From assembly GCA_965603825.1 (NCBI GenBank), contig CBFDEM010000057.1, positions 372,001 through 436,000 of the forward strand: 64,000 nucleotides of DNA, written 5' to 3'. The notes beneath the pieces are model-generated. The model worked only from the letters and a program-made list of their open reading frames with translations. It was not told where the DNA came from and made no database searches. Below are positions 48,847 through 61,060 of the stretch, in pieces. A program made the translations under genes and the position numbers. How positions within the stretch are numbered: position 1 is the stretch's first letter; every line of letters begins with the position of its first letter. The stretch is from Blepharisma stoltei ATCC 30299 (lineage: Eukaryota; Protista; Ciliophora).

Positions 48847-48917
48847 TAACTTAACATATCCTTTTATTCTCAATAACTCTCAACTAATTATTGTTGACTA
48901 AAAAGTTGTTAATTAAA

Positions 48918-51434
48918 ATGAGTATCCCTAGTCTATCAGAGTCTCAGAGATTTGTATTCAATATCGAAGGAGAGTCACTTTTTGGAAAAAACCAAGATGG
49001 ATGGGATCACAGCGGTGAATCTGGAGTCAGCAGAAATTCTATTATTGCTCCAACTAATAAGTTGAGAATAAGAGTGTGTAAGAGAAACCATTTAGTGAGA
49101 GAGCAGGTGATAAAATTTAATACTAACGATGAGAGAGACTCCCTTATCTCTTTTTGCTTTGATGGAAAATACACATCAGGCCAAGAAAGCTTAAGGGCTA
49201 GCATTAAGTTGGACCAAAAGAGAGACTATTTCAAGAAAGCAAAGAATTCTGATACAGTTTCGTGTTTTAAATGGCACATTTTAACTGGAAAAGAGCTCAG
49301 AGATTTGATATCAGACTATGAAATTAAGTCATGCTTAAAAGCATTTAATGCTTTACTATTAAAAGCCCCTGATTGCCATGAAGCTTTATTTGGACTTGGT
49401 AAACTTCTCGCGAATATGGGAAAGCTCGATCAAGCCCTGGATTATTTCAAGCGAGCCTCAAGAATAAATCACTCTGATGAAATTTATAATATTTGCCACA
49501 GTATAACACATGCAAAATTATATAATCAAACAAAAGGAGAAATTATGACCAGCAAAAGCTTACTAGAGCGTTGCTTACAGTATGAAACTAGACAAATTGA
49601 TACCATATGAGCAATAATGCAGTTATCTGTTTCAAGCCTAGTTGACTCCTCTATGAGTTTTGAGGATGCTGAGTATTATGCAAGCTGAATCAAGCAGAGG
49701 CATTCTTATTATGGATATTTAGCTTGAAGCGAAGTATTTATTGCCAAAAAAGAAGAAAGAAAAGGAGTCGAAATCTTGAAAGCACTCATTGAGATTTACC
49801 CAGACAAACCTGAAGCATACTTAAAGCTTATTAATTTTTACTATAAAAATCGCCGATATGAAAATGCTGCCGAAATTGTTGTGCAAGCAATGAAAACGAT
49901 TTCAGGTATGGAGTATTATGTCATTTTTGCCATAAAGCATGCTAAAATCCTTTATCATTTAGGAAAAACACATGAAAGCTTGAAGTGGCTGCAAAAGAAA
50001 TACGAAATATTCCCTAAACATATAGCATATTTATATCAATACGGCAGAATTTGTGTAAAATCAGTTGATTTGACTTGCATTGGCTCCGCAATTGGAGCAC
50101 TTGAAGAATGCATTAAAATTTCTGATGAATCCAGGTATGGAACACTTTATTACTGGCTTGGAAAAGGGCAGCTATTAGTTAGACAAAATATTGAAGCCTT
50201 TTATTCGCTAAAAAATTCACTGAAATGGATAAACACAAACAAGAAAAATGTAAGTGAAATAAAAGACGAAATCCGAGCATTGAATGAGCATGTTAAGACA
50301 TATGAAATTGTTGAAAAATCTATTGCAAATGATACTAACACAGAAGAGCTAGAGCAGTGTAAAGAACTTTGTGAAGATATAAGAAACTTTGAAAGGTCAA
50401 GTGGAGAATTGCTATTAAGCAAAATTCTATGGCATGAAGGAAAAGAGGAAGAGGCCTTAAACATACTGGAAACTTCAGCTAGAGCCTCAAGCTCAAGAAT
50501 GAATTGCTATTTCCAGATGATTGAATATTTAATCATAATTAAAGACGAAAAAAGATTGAAAACCATTGCCAAAGAAATGATCAATAAATGCAAAAATAGC
50601 CAGATTCCGGCTTCTGTATGAGTAAAAGCACACAAATTTTATGCAAAAATACTTGTAATTCTACATAAACCTGATAAAGCTATCAATATCTTAAAATGCC
50701 TTGCCCAAGCCCTTCCATCGCTTGACAGAAAAGGTTTTCAATATACAAAGACGCTTAAAAAGGCCAAAAACTTACAGGAATTATTGAAAGTTGCTGGATC
50801 TGTAAATCAATTAACAGGAAACTATTGCTATTTTATTGACAAAATAAATTATCCCAGCCCAATTCAATTCGCAAGTCCTAGGCACAAGCATTTAACTCAG
50901 ACTCCCACTAGCCAAGCAGTACCTCAAGGAGCCCATCACCGAAGAAAATCCACCTTTAGCGACAGGCTAACTAAGCATAAAAATTGTAAAAGGTTTGACA
51001 GTTTAACTATTAATTCTATAATCGCTGATTTAGAAGAAGACAAGCAATCCCCACTAAACTCTGAAATACCTGTAATGACTCCTACTTCATACTCCCAAGA
51101 CAATTTTTGCGGCCTCTTTGTATGCTCTGATGTCACTTTTCTATATAAAATTGGCAAAATTTCAGCTAATCATAAATTGTTTATAGAAGATGGGCTATGT
51201 GCACTGGATGATTTTATTGAGTTTTTAAAATATGAGACACAAGAAGACTATAAAGATAGAATGACTGTAAAGGCACATTTTTGGAAGTCTTTGCTAATGA
51301 TGGAAACCTTAAAAAGTGATGAAGGGCTTAAGCTACTCCAAGAAATTACACCTGATTTGTACAGATTAAAATTAAAAAAAGAAATCGCCAAGTCTGAGAT
51401 GCTACATTATTTAGAAGAGGAAAGCGATTCTTAG
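48918..51434 (+). CDS. TPR-repeat protein (838 aa)
   Basis: TPR-like units (EALFGLGKLLANMGKLDQALDYFKRA; PEAYLKLINFYY; YYWLGKGQ). Three track ORFs join via TGA=W. Confidence 0.8.
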
Positions 51435-51495
51435 TATAAATTTATATAAAATTGTGTGTCATTATCACAATAACTTTACTTATCATTGATTGCCT

Positions 51496-53256
51496 TTAAG
51501 CTTGTCTAAGAATTTCATCGCTTTCATTAAACGCATCTTTATGTAGATATCTATTAATCGTGAGTCTATTGTTTTCTTTTTCAATCATTTTAATAATTGC
51601 TTTTCGAGAGTGTTTCTTCGCGTAGCTCAGCACAGTTAAACCACAATTATCAACGCAATTTAAATCAGCACCAAATTGTATCAGCAATGTAAATGCTTTA
51701 TCATTTCCTGCTTTTATAGTTTTATAAATTGACGATTTGCCAGATTTGTCTTTTTTATTTACATTTGCATTGTTTTTGCATAAGATTTGGATAATATCAT
51801 TGTAGCCTTTAGAAACTGCATAAAATAAAGCTGTTTTTCCTCTCGAATTTTCAATGTCAACATCAAATCCACAGCTTAAAATCTTTTTTATTATTTCAGG
51901 CTGACAACGAATGGCAGCAGTTATTATGAGTGGGTTCTGTTTTATCTTGGCATCAAGAGTTATATTGTCTAAATCTTCAAGTTTTGCTGTAAAGAGACTT
52001 TTAATAAATAAGCTATTTTCAGATTTCATCTGCTCCTCCAGTATTTTTGATTCTTTAAATTGAATTTTGTTGTATGTTAAAGCATCAATTAATTGAAATA
52101 TTTTGGGATCTTTATCTTTGAATTTAATGTAATATTGAGTGGCTTCGTAAAGCATTGAATTTGGAATATAATAAACTCTTGATGGGTTTGAAGATAAACC
52201 ATCAATAATTTCAGAGACTTCAAATAATAATCATCCATTGCAATGAAACAATGGGAAGTTTTTATCAAAAAGAAATCAAAATAGCTTCATTTTTCTATAA
52301 ATTGCTGCCTCATGCAAGAAGCTGCAGTAATTATAGGAATGCAATGATGATAAATAGCAGCGATGCAACCATTTATTTAATCCATTGCCAATTAAAAGTT
52401 CAAAAATTTCTATTAAAAAATCCTCATCAAGCTTGCTAATAAAATTATCATTTTCTTGATAGATTTCAGGAAAAATGTTTACATCAATTTCATTGGTAAA
52501 TCAGGATTTAATGGATTCTAAATCAGTGTGTGAGCTTGGTAAAGAATTTAGCTTAGCTCAAAGATTTTCTTTGTCGCCTTCATTTGCTTCATTATTGAGA
52601 TATATTTTCTTTATTTTTGAATTTTCTATCAAGCTATCCAGATCATCTTTATTCTTAATTTTTAAATTTGCACATGAACTAGTATCAAGAATTTCTAGAT
52701 TCTTGAAGTTTAATATAATAGAATATAGTGCATCTTTATTCAAAGTGGTCCCTCCTAAGTAGAGCTTTTTAATCTTAGGGAAAAATTCATTTAAATGCTT
52801 GAAATCAATAATATTTTTCTTATAATTTGTAAGTTTCAACTCTTCCAATGGAAATTCAGCAATAACCTGCTTTTTTACAAGTTTTTCGTAGTCTAAATAT
52901 CTTAAAAGTTCTTTTATATCAAATAAAGAATTTGTCAAGTTAAGCTTCAGAAGAAACTGTTGAGAGAATATAATTTTGACTAATAATTTTTCATTAATTT
53001 TTATGTTTCGTAGATCAAGAGATATCATTTTTCAGTTTTTTATCAGAAATTTATGCTCAATAATATTTTCTATGTGCGTTCGAGGATCTCAAGGCTTAAT
53101 CATTTTATAAGGAAAATTCTGAAAAGAAACTTCATGATTGAATTTTGATATTGCCTGATATCATCTCTTACATACTAAAGAGAGAAGCAGAGTTTCATAA
53201 AATGATTCAGCATAGCTTGATATGATTTCTAAGACTGGTCTCGGGATTTTTTCCAT
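51496..53256 (-). CDS. F-box - LRR - ankyrin-repeat protein (586 aa)
   Basis: F-box MEKIPRPVLEIISSY..LSLVCKR(W)YQAI; LRRs (LLKLNLTNS, IKKLYLGG, LEILDTSSCANL); ankyrin repeats (GKTALFYAVSKGY..ANVNKKD, GADLNCVDNCGLTVLSYA). The frame was checked continuous. Confidence 0.8.
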
Positions 53257-53332
53257 AATTTCTATAAACCATATAAAAACGCAAAAAGACTATATAAGTT
53301 TTGATCTATTTTATTAGGAATTGAAATGCTTT

Positions 53333-53611
53333 TTAAGTGTGAATTATTTGTGGAATAGGGTCTGCAATGTCTGGCAACTCCATAGCAGGGTCTTTTAATC
53401 CTAATAGCACCACTGTATCTCCTCTAATTATCATAATTTGGCAATCAATTTCATCTCTTGGGCAATCTTGATTCCACGATATCAATTTGCATTGGCTTAC
53501 AATCAGATTCACAGCTTGATCAAAACCTTTCAATATTCCTTGATATTGCCTTCCATCTGTTGAAATCACATAAATTTCCCTTTCCACGAACTGATCTAAA
53601 GTGCTAACCAT
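53333..53611 (-). CDS. LSM8: U6 snRNA-associated Sm-like protein LSm8
   Basis: TDGRQYQGILKGFDQAVNLI..IIRGDTVVLLG..ADPIPQIIH. Confidence 0.88.
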   Translation of the reverse strand: MVSTLDQFVEREIYVISTDGRQYQGILKGFDQAVNLIVSQCKLISWNQDCPRDEIDCQIMIIRGDTVVLLGLKDPAMELPDIADPIPQIIHT

Positions 53612-53626
53612 TTATGAATAAATAAT

Positions 53627-55561
53627 TTAAACTAGTAATCTTAATTCTTCAGTTCGCTGCGGAGAATCTACATATAAAGCTTTTACTAATTGCCTTATTT
53701 CATATAACGTGAACTTATCTTTAAATTTGTGATCTTTATGCATTTGGACTATCCCTTTTAATTCGCTATCAAAAATCTCAATTAAAAGTTCAAGCTTATC
53801 TCAACTTGGCGTAAACCGACCTGGAGTAGAATTGGTGAAAAGCTCAGAGCATTCAGAAATTTTATCCATTAAATGTTTCAGCATTGGGGTGTCCTCCGGA
53901 TAAATGTCTTCTAGCTTGATTATTAAGGAGATTATATGAGATATTAAAGAATCGAGGATCGTTCCAATTATAGTATGCAAATCTAGTCATGGCAAAATAC
54001 CATCACAGGAGTTTTTTATAGTGGTCAGCAAGTTTATAGCAGTATCTAGAGACCTCTCTATTTCTGGGCCCTTAGTATCAATCATTGTTAAATTTATATA
54101 TTGGACAGATTCTATTACCTTTTTCTTTCATTGGTCAACTATTGAAGAATAAGCTGTTTTTCCATCTTTTCTAAGTATCTCGATGAGGTCATCTAGATAC
54201 AAAATATATTTTAAATTATTAGGGAGATTTGGGGTATAGTCTGAGTCTATTAAATGGATTTGATCGATCATATGCTCGCAGTCATTATATAAAAGGGATA
54301 AAGATAAAAGAGATTTATCGTGAATATTTGCTGAATAAGGCCTCAAAGCCTGAAAAAGTTGCAAGCATTGCTTGGCCAGCTTTATTTTATGAAGTGCTAG
54401 AGGGGTTGTTTTCTGGCTGTTTGCATTGTCTAATAATGAAAATATAATATCAATGATCTTTTGGGTGTTTTCTGAAATGCATTTTGTTCCTGTACCTTTA
54501 ACTATAGATGTATCAATTATGCCAACTGTATTTCGATCCATAGGGCTTAATAGCAACTCTTTAACTTGTGATAGCACATTAAATTGTTCTTGCAAAATAT
54601 GGAATTCTTCACAATTTTCTATTATATGTGAAAGATTTCTATAATTGTTTGGGATAAATCCTTTAAGGCTAAGTTGATTTTCAAAATTTCAAAGTTTATG
54701 GTATGTGTAGTGATAGTTTTCAATTGAAAAAACGCATTTAGCCGAAATATTCTTTATATAAGCGATAAAAGGTTCAAGAAAATTCTTGAAATTAAATTTA
54801 GAAAAATACTTTTGATTTGAGCTAAATACTTTGCAGAATAATGCATTGATTATTTTCATAAGATTTTGCAAAATTTCATCAATAGAATGCTCTATTCCTA
54901 AATTTTCCAGTTTTAATATATAGGACTCGTCTTCAAAAGCCTCTGTGACGTTGATAAATTGAATATTTTTCATAATTAATTCTAAATTTTCATCAAGTTT
55001 TTTATATATGCTTTCAATCATTCCTGCTTCATTGACAAGTTCTAAAAAATGTTCAATAGTAAGCTTGCGAGGCTTTATAAGGTATTGCTTAATTATGATT
55101 TCAGACTGAGAAATTTCTAAAAATTTCATTCAAGTTAAGCTTACATTTTCTGAAATTTCTATTTCAGTCTTGTCATATTTTCTTCTTAAATTATTTATCA
55201 GTTTTGATTCAATCTGATTATAGTTTTTCATTTTTTGTCTTATTTCAAAGAATTTGAGCAGTGAGTTTTCTAAATCTGTTTTTGCTATTGCATCACTTTC
55301 GCAAATTAATTTGTCAAGATTTATAATTTCAAGTGAGTGCTTTAGCATTTCTTTTTTTTCATCTAATTGAATATTTATTATATCAATATCAGATAAGGTT
55401 AACCCATATTCCACAATTTTCCCAACTAAATTCACCATTTCTTCATCAATTCCTTTAAAAACTTCTCCAGCTTCCTCAAATAAATTATTTATCTTTTCCT
55501 TCCTAAATTCTATTTCAGCATTTGTTTCTTCGATCAGATTCCCCAACGTCGACTCTGCCAT
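53627..55561 (-). CDS. ZW10: ZW10/Dsl1-like kinetochore/ER-tethering protein (644 aa)
   Basis: KCISEN, LLYNDCEHM and a C-terminus LEDIYPEDT..PS(W)DKL..FTLYEIRQLVKALYVDSPQRTEEL matching the ZW10 C-terminus. Confidence 0.8.
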
Positions 55562-55584
55562 AATTCCTTTTATTAATCTTTACA

Positions 55585-57354
55585 ATGGCAGATGATAGCT
55601 CTGATGAAGAAATAAAGGTAAGGATAGGAGATATCCCTCTATCTTATTACGAAGATCTTCCTATCATTGGCTATGGAATCGATGGTAAAGCTGTAGCCAA
55701 AGTCGTGGAAGGCGACGCCCTTGAAAAACATATTGCTAAATCAGATGACCCCGAATGGTGAAGAACTTTGACAGACCATCTCAATGCGAAAAAAGTAAAA
55801 ATCACTGATGAGATGCTAGAAGTCATAAGAAAAATCCGCCAACGAAAATCATTTGGTAGCGACTTTGATCCATATAGAGATCTGGAGCCTGAAGCTAAGC
55901 CTCAGATTTCTGGATTTGGAACTGATGTCATGCCCCCTAAAAGAAGATTTGTTCCATCAAAATGGGAAAGAATCAAGATTGGTAGGCTTGCACGAGCCAT
56001 TGAAAAAGGCTGGCTTAAGCCAAAGTTAGAAAAAAAAGAAGAAGTCTTTGATATTTGGGCTGATGAAGATCAAGAAGAAAAGCCAGCCCCACCCAAGTGG
56101 AATTTGCCTGGGAATGCTGAAAGCTATAACCCACCTGATGAATATTTGCTTAACGAAGAAGAAGCAAAAGAATGGGAAGAAAAGGAGCCGATGAATAGAG
56201 AAAGCGAGTATATGCCGAAAAAATACCCTAATTTGAGGAGGGTTCCAGCTTATGAAAATATTATGAAGGAAAGGTTTGAAAGGTGCTTGGATTTGTTCTT
56301 GGCACCGAGAGTAACTCGGCCGAAAATAAATCTTGACCCTGATTCTTTGATACCAGATCTTCCTGACCCAGAAACGTTTAGGCCTTTTCCTGAAATTTTA
56401 CAAATGAAGTTTGTTGGGCACGAACACAGTATTACTCATATGGATTTTCTAGCAAATGGGGAATACATAGCTTCTGGGGACTCTTCAGGAGAAGTTAAAA
56501 TATGGGAATCACAGACAGGAAAATGCTTAGAGAGCCTTAAATTTAAGAAAAGAATTTATTGGCTTGCCTGGAACCCTATCAAGCCCCTATTAGCAATTTG
56601 CTGTGGAAAAAATGTTTATTTAAAATCCTTCGAATGCTCCGACAAAGTAAGCATCGACTATGCAGAAGCCCCTGAAAACCAACTTGCTACCTGGGAATGG
56701 AAAGACGACGAAGTTAAAATAAAAATGAGAAAAGGTGTCAGAAAAGTAATCTGGCATGGCAAAGGAGACTATTTTGCAACCTTATGCAAGCGAGAATCCA
56801 CAAGCAAAAAAGTTGCTGCCCATAGCTTAAGCAGATTTCAAACACAAAAAATTTTTTCAAAACAAAGTAAAGGCGATGTAAAATCGATTGCCTTTCACAC
56901 CAAAAAGCCACTATTTTTCGTAGCAACAGAAAAAAATATAATGGTTTATAACTTAAAACAAGGAGTTTTAGTGAAAAAATTCAAAGGCTTAGAAAACCCA
57001 ACTCATATTGCAATTCATCCTTCAGGTGATCACATTCTTGCTGCTTGCGAAGACTGTAAATTGTTGTGGTATGACTATGACTTGTCTTCAACTCCTTATA
57101 AAACTTTCCTTTATCATAAGAGAGAATTGACTTATACACATACTCATAAAAGATATCCGCTTGTTGCTACATGCTCTTTGGATAGCACTATACACATTTT
57201 CCATGCCCAAGTTTATCAAGATTATATGCAAAACCCAAGCATTATTCCGCTGAAAATTATAAAAACTGATGGAGAGCCAATACAGTGTTTATTCCATCCG
57301 AAGCAGCCGTGGATTGCAGCGGTAATTGGAAAAGAGATAAGCTTATTTATTTAG
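55585..57354 (+). CDS. BOP1: Ribosome biogenesis protein BOP1/Erb1 (589 aa)
   Basis: IGDIPLSYYEDLPIIGY.IDG, DDPEW(W)RT, PKRRFVPSKWE, LPGNAESYNPPDEYL, ERFERCLDLFLAPR, WD40 repeats, FHPKQPW. Confidence 0.95.
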
Positions 57355-57552
57355 ATAATATAGATAAGATTCAATTAATTTGGAATTAATGTTAATTATC
57401 TTCTATTATTTTTTTACAGTAATAACTGTGTTAATCTACTTGCTACTTTTCTGAAGCGAATTTTTAGTCAAATAATTCGTTTAGCTGATTATTTTAAAAA
57501 TAAGATAAATCTTATAACTTTACAAAACTATGGCAGGATAATGATTTAAAAT

Positions 57553-58233
57553 ATGTCGAACAAATATTTTCCCTCTATATATTCTCCAAATACAAATTTG
57601 AAGCCTTTAAACAACATAGCAGTGCAATCCCGGCATCCACAACCCTCTAAACTATCAATTCTTCCAAAAACTAGATCTTTATTACGTGCTGAATCAAGTT
57701 TCAGTCTCAATCTTTCTCCTTTAAGGTCCAAAAACTCTTCAAACGATCTAAGTTTATCATTTAGTAGGGAAAATTCTCAAAATCCAAACGATTTAAAATC
57801 ATTTATAAAGCCTTCAGACTATCCTGTATTTAAAATAGAAAGGCCTTATGGCCGAACTAACAGCTGGAGAAGCAAACTATTTGATGCACATGAATTTGAT
57901 TATCAGTCAAAATATTGCTTATATAAGAAGAGTTTCTTGAATAAAAAATCAGTTTTTTCATTAATGAAAAAACTTGAACCAAAACCAATTAATTTTGTCT
58001 ATGAAACTCCATGTGTTGTAAGATCTGTAAGTACAAAGAAAAGAGGGATTAAGGAACATAATTTTAAGGATGCAAATAGAAAATGGGACTTATTTAGTGG
58101 AAGACCTATGATAATAGGGTCAATGATTAAGAGAAATGGCCCTGCAAGGGTTAAAATCGAGAGAAAAAGAATATTGCCAAGAACTTCAAGCAATGTAAAT
58201 ACATCAACTGAAGAAACTTTTTGTTCATTTTAG
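57553..58233 (+). CDS. Hypothetical basic, Ser-rich protein
   Basis: 226-aa ORF. Confidence 0.6.
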   Translation: MSNKYFPSIYSPNTNLKPLNNIAVQSRHPQPSKLSILPKTRSLLRAESSFSLNLSPLRSKNSSNDLSLSFSRENSQNPNDLKSFIKPSDYPVFKIERPYGRTNSWRSKLFDAHEFDYQSKYCLYKKSFLNKKSVFSLMKKLEPKPINFVYETPCVVRSVSTKKRGIKEHNFKDANRKWDLFSGRPMIIGSMIKRNGPARVKIERKRILPRTSSNVNTSTEETFCSF

Positions 58234-58375
58234 ATTAAAATTTAAAGTCCAACCAAAGATACTTTATCCACACAAATAAATAAAATCAATTGTTATTTAA
58301 ACCATCTAATTTGTGAATTAATATTTTATTAGCATTTGTGTTTGGTAAAAGATAATTTCAGTAATTATAATAATT

Positions 58376-59551
58376 ATGGAGACTGAAGAAGATGAAATCA
58401 GAACAAGGCTTCCAGAAATACACTCTATCATTGCTGCCTCATCTGACAACATAAATTGGTCAGAAATCCATGACGATTTTGAACATCTCAACTGGCTTAA
58501 TTTTGATATGGCAAAGGCAATGACAATACTAGAAAGTGCTTTAGACATAATCGATTTAGTTTCTCTACTAGACTCAAACGAAACCTCTCGTTATAACGTA
58601 CTCCAGCATAATCGCGTAATCTTATTTTTAAACAGACTTGTATTTGAACTAACAAATGACAAAAAATCATTGAAATTGCTGTGTGCCCATCTCAAAAAGA
58701 AAATAAGCTCATTTATTTTCTTTAAAAGCGGAAAAAATGCTCTATATCACATAGAAGATGAAGACCTTGTTCCGTTTTTTAAATCACTTCACGAATCTTT
58801 CCAAAGCATGAAAGAAACGCTGCTTAACATTTTTTCTCATCTCGACAGTATATTCAAACAAGAAACTTATAAGTCTCTTGATTCTTATTTAACAGAAGAA
58901 TTCAATACAGACATCATTCTTAATAGAAACTCGACCTTGAGACAAATTCCAGAAATAAAAAAAATTATCAGTGAAAAATATGACAAACCCTATTCGCATT
59001 CATCAGGCATCAGAACTAATGGAGGAATGTGGAGCGGAGGAGGCATGGGTTCTTATTATTCATCTAATAGAGAAAATGATTATTTTGGGGAACTAGATGT
59101 GCATGGAAATCGCCAGGGTTATGGAAAAATCACATTTTTCAATGGAGATAAATATGATGGCTATTGAAAAGATGATAACATGCACGGCATTGGAATCTAT
59201 TTTTGGAAAGAAGGAGGCAGATATGAAGGAGAATTCCACGATGGAAAAATGCAAGGGCACGGGAAAAGAATATATCCTTCAGGAAATATTTACGAAGGAG
59301 ATCTAGTTAATAATAAAAAAGAAGGCAAGGGAAGCATGAAGTTTAAGAATGGCGACCAGTATGAAGGAGACTGAAAAGATGATGACATGCATGGAGAAGG
59401 AATATATAGCTGGAGTACAGGAGATGTATATCGAGGAAGATTCCAAGGAGACAGAAGAGAAGGAAAAGGGACACTAACCCTTGCAAGTGGAGAAGTATAT
59501 GAAGCTGAATGGAGAGATGATAAAATGATGGGAAGGACTAATATAATTTAA
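58376..59551 (+). CDS. Helical N-domain plus C-terminal MORN-repeat protein (391 aa)
   Basis: MORN repeats YDGY(W)KDDNMHGIG and YEGD(W)KDDDMHGEG with W=TGA; ends at TAA 59549-59551. Confidence 0.85.
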
Positions 59552-59555
59552 TGAA

Positions 59556-59924
59556 TTAGTGAATACCTGCGCGAAGTCTTGCTTCTGCTTGAAGGAGGTC
59601 TATTTCTGCATTTTTTTCTATCAATCTTGAAGCATCTGCATTAGAAATTATGCCAGCTCTTGCAGCATCGTTAAGGTCATTTATATCACGAATTTTTATC
59701 ATCATGGAATCCAGCCAAAAGACTCTTGAAACTCCTGGGTTTTTTAAACAACCTTCAAGATTTCCGTATTGTTTTCTGTAAAGATTGACAGGATCTATTG
59801 GGGGTAATTCTCTTAATATTTTTGATACTTCCGAGATGGAAAGCTGCATTCTATATTGGCAATGGTTGCAAAAACAGTTCACCAAGAATGCAATAAAAGC
59901 TCTGTCTGAAGATGATCCTTCCAT
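59556..59924 (-). CDS. Hypothetical protein (122 aa)
   Basis: Compact ORF with globular composition. Confidence 0.65.
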   Translation of the reverse strand: MEGSSSDRAFIAFLVNCFCNHCQYRMQLSISEVSKILRELPPIDPVNLYRKQYGNLEGCLKNPGVSRVFWLDSMMIKIRDINDLNDAARAGIISNADASRLIEKNAEIDLLQAEARLRAGIH

Positions 59925-60253
59925 TTTTATAATTTGGGCTTATAATTTGTGCAAATGAATTTAAGGTCATGAAAAGTGTCTTATATCTTAAATCTATTTA
60001 AGTATTAGACCAATTATCTATAGAGGAGCTATCATTCAAAGAGTAGCTTAAATACTTTGATAAATATTTAGATGCCATCATGGTGATTTAAGATTTATCA
60101 TTTTAATTCTGCATAAACTATGCTCTTTTTCTTAGATTTGAAATTCCGAAATTTGAAAAATAATTTCACTATGTCTCAAATTATTTTATTTGAGTTTTAA
60201 AATTTATTCAGCTCGCTTCTATATTTCCATCCAAAACTCATTATTTTATAAAT

Positions 60254-61060
60254 ATGCAGGCCTTAAGTGCACCTTATCAATGCAAAGCTTGTCATGTTAG
60301 CATCAGTTCTGAAGAATTCTTGATACATTGGGAGCCAAAATACGTATTCTCTGTCGTGTAAACTTTACTTAGTTCAAATGCAAAAATCGAAGCTGATAAT
60401 AATGTTTCTTGCTCAGGTTGTGGAAAGTATCTAGGACACAAAGAGGTAAATTTTTAAATCAGGGGTTTGCAATGGCACTTGGAGCCTAGTTCATTAAATT
60501 TGAAAAGTGTCGCCAAAGCAGAAGTCAACTTATTTTCTCTTAAGCAGCAAGATATGGCAGATATCAGTATGAAGATCACTAGACTTCTTGAAAATACTAA
60601 AATAGAGGTCAAGCAAAATTTGCTGCTGAAGAGCCAATTAAGAGGTTTTCAATACAGTTCAGAAACAGATTTGGTCTTACTCCATCATCGCTCTGAAGGT
60701 AGGCTGCTTTTAACAGATCGAAATGGCTTCTATAATGATTTTTTGGCAAGTGTGTATAGATTCATGGAAGGAAGAGTGCTAGTTTTAATAACGAATATTG
60801 AAGAAAGTCCACCTGAAGGAGCTTTAGTTTCTTCAGAAATATATGAATTATCTAAATTTGGAGACCAGCCAACTATAGGAATTTTAGGCGAGATGGGAAA
60901 GGTAGTGTGCTGGAAAAGCTCGCCTTCAGAGTATCAACTTAATCATATAAGAGAAAGTATTATGAGATCAGCCTTTTATAGAGAACCTGCTAATTATGCA
61001 AGATTGCCAGAAGCTTATCATCCTTCAGCTTCAAATAAGTTTAAGTGTTCATTACTATAA
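60254..61060 (+). CDS. Yippee/Mis18-like Zn-domain protein with C-terminal CaaX (about 257 aa, two introns)
   Basis: YQCKAC..YVFSVVSN..VSCSGCGKYLG..; requires the introns at 60358-60372 and about 60446-60463; ends CSLL. Confidence 0.6.
60358..60372 (+). other. 15-nt intron GTAAACTTTACTTAG
   Basis: Removes an in-frame TAA between the two CxxC pairs; A at position 10. Confidence 0.82.
60446..60463 (+). other. Atypical tiny intron: 17-nt GT..AG (frameshifting) or 18-nt GT..GG (frame-preserving)
   Basis: GTAAATTTTTAAATCAG(G) contains an in-frame TAA. Only an 18-nt removal joins the upstream exon to the 197-aa downstream ORF. Confidence 0.55.

Noticed and set aside
34323-48857. Long antisense ORFs (e.g. 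34323-34721, 44402-44749, 46210-46584, 47540-47863, 48444-48857)
   Set aside because: They lie opposite well-supported genes and have the Ser/Phe/Ile-rich composition typical of antisense shadows.
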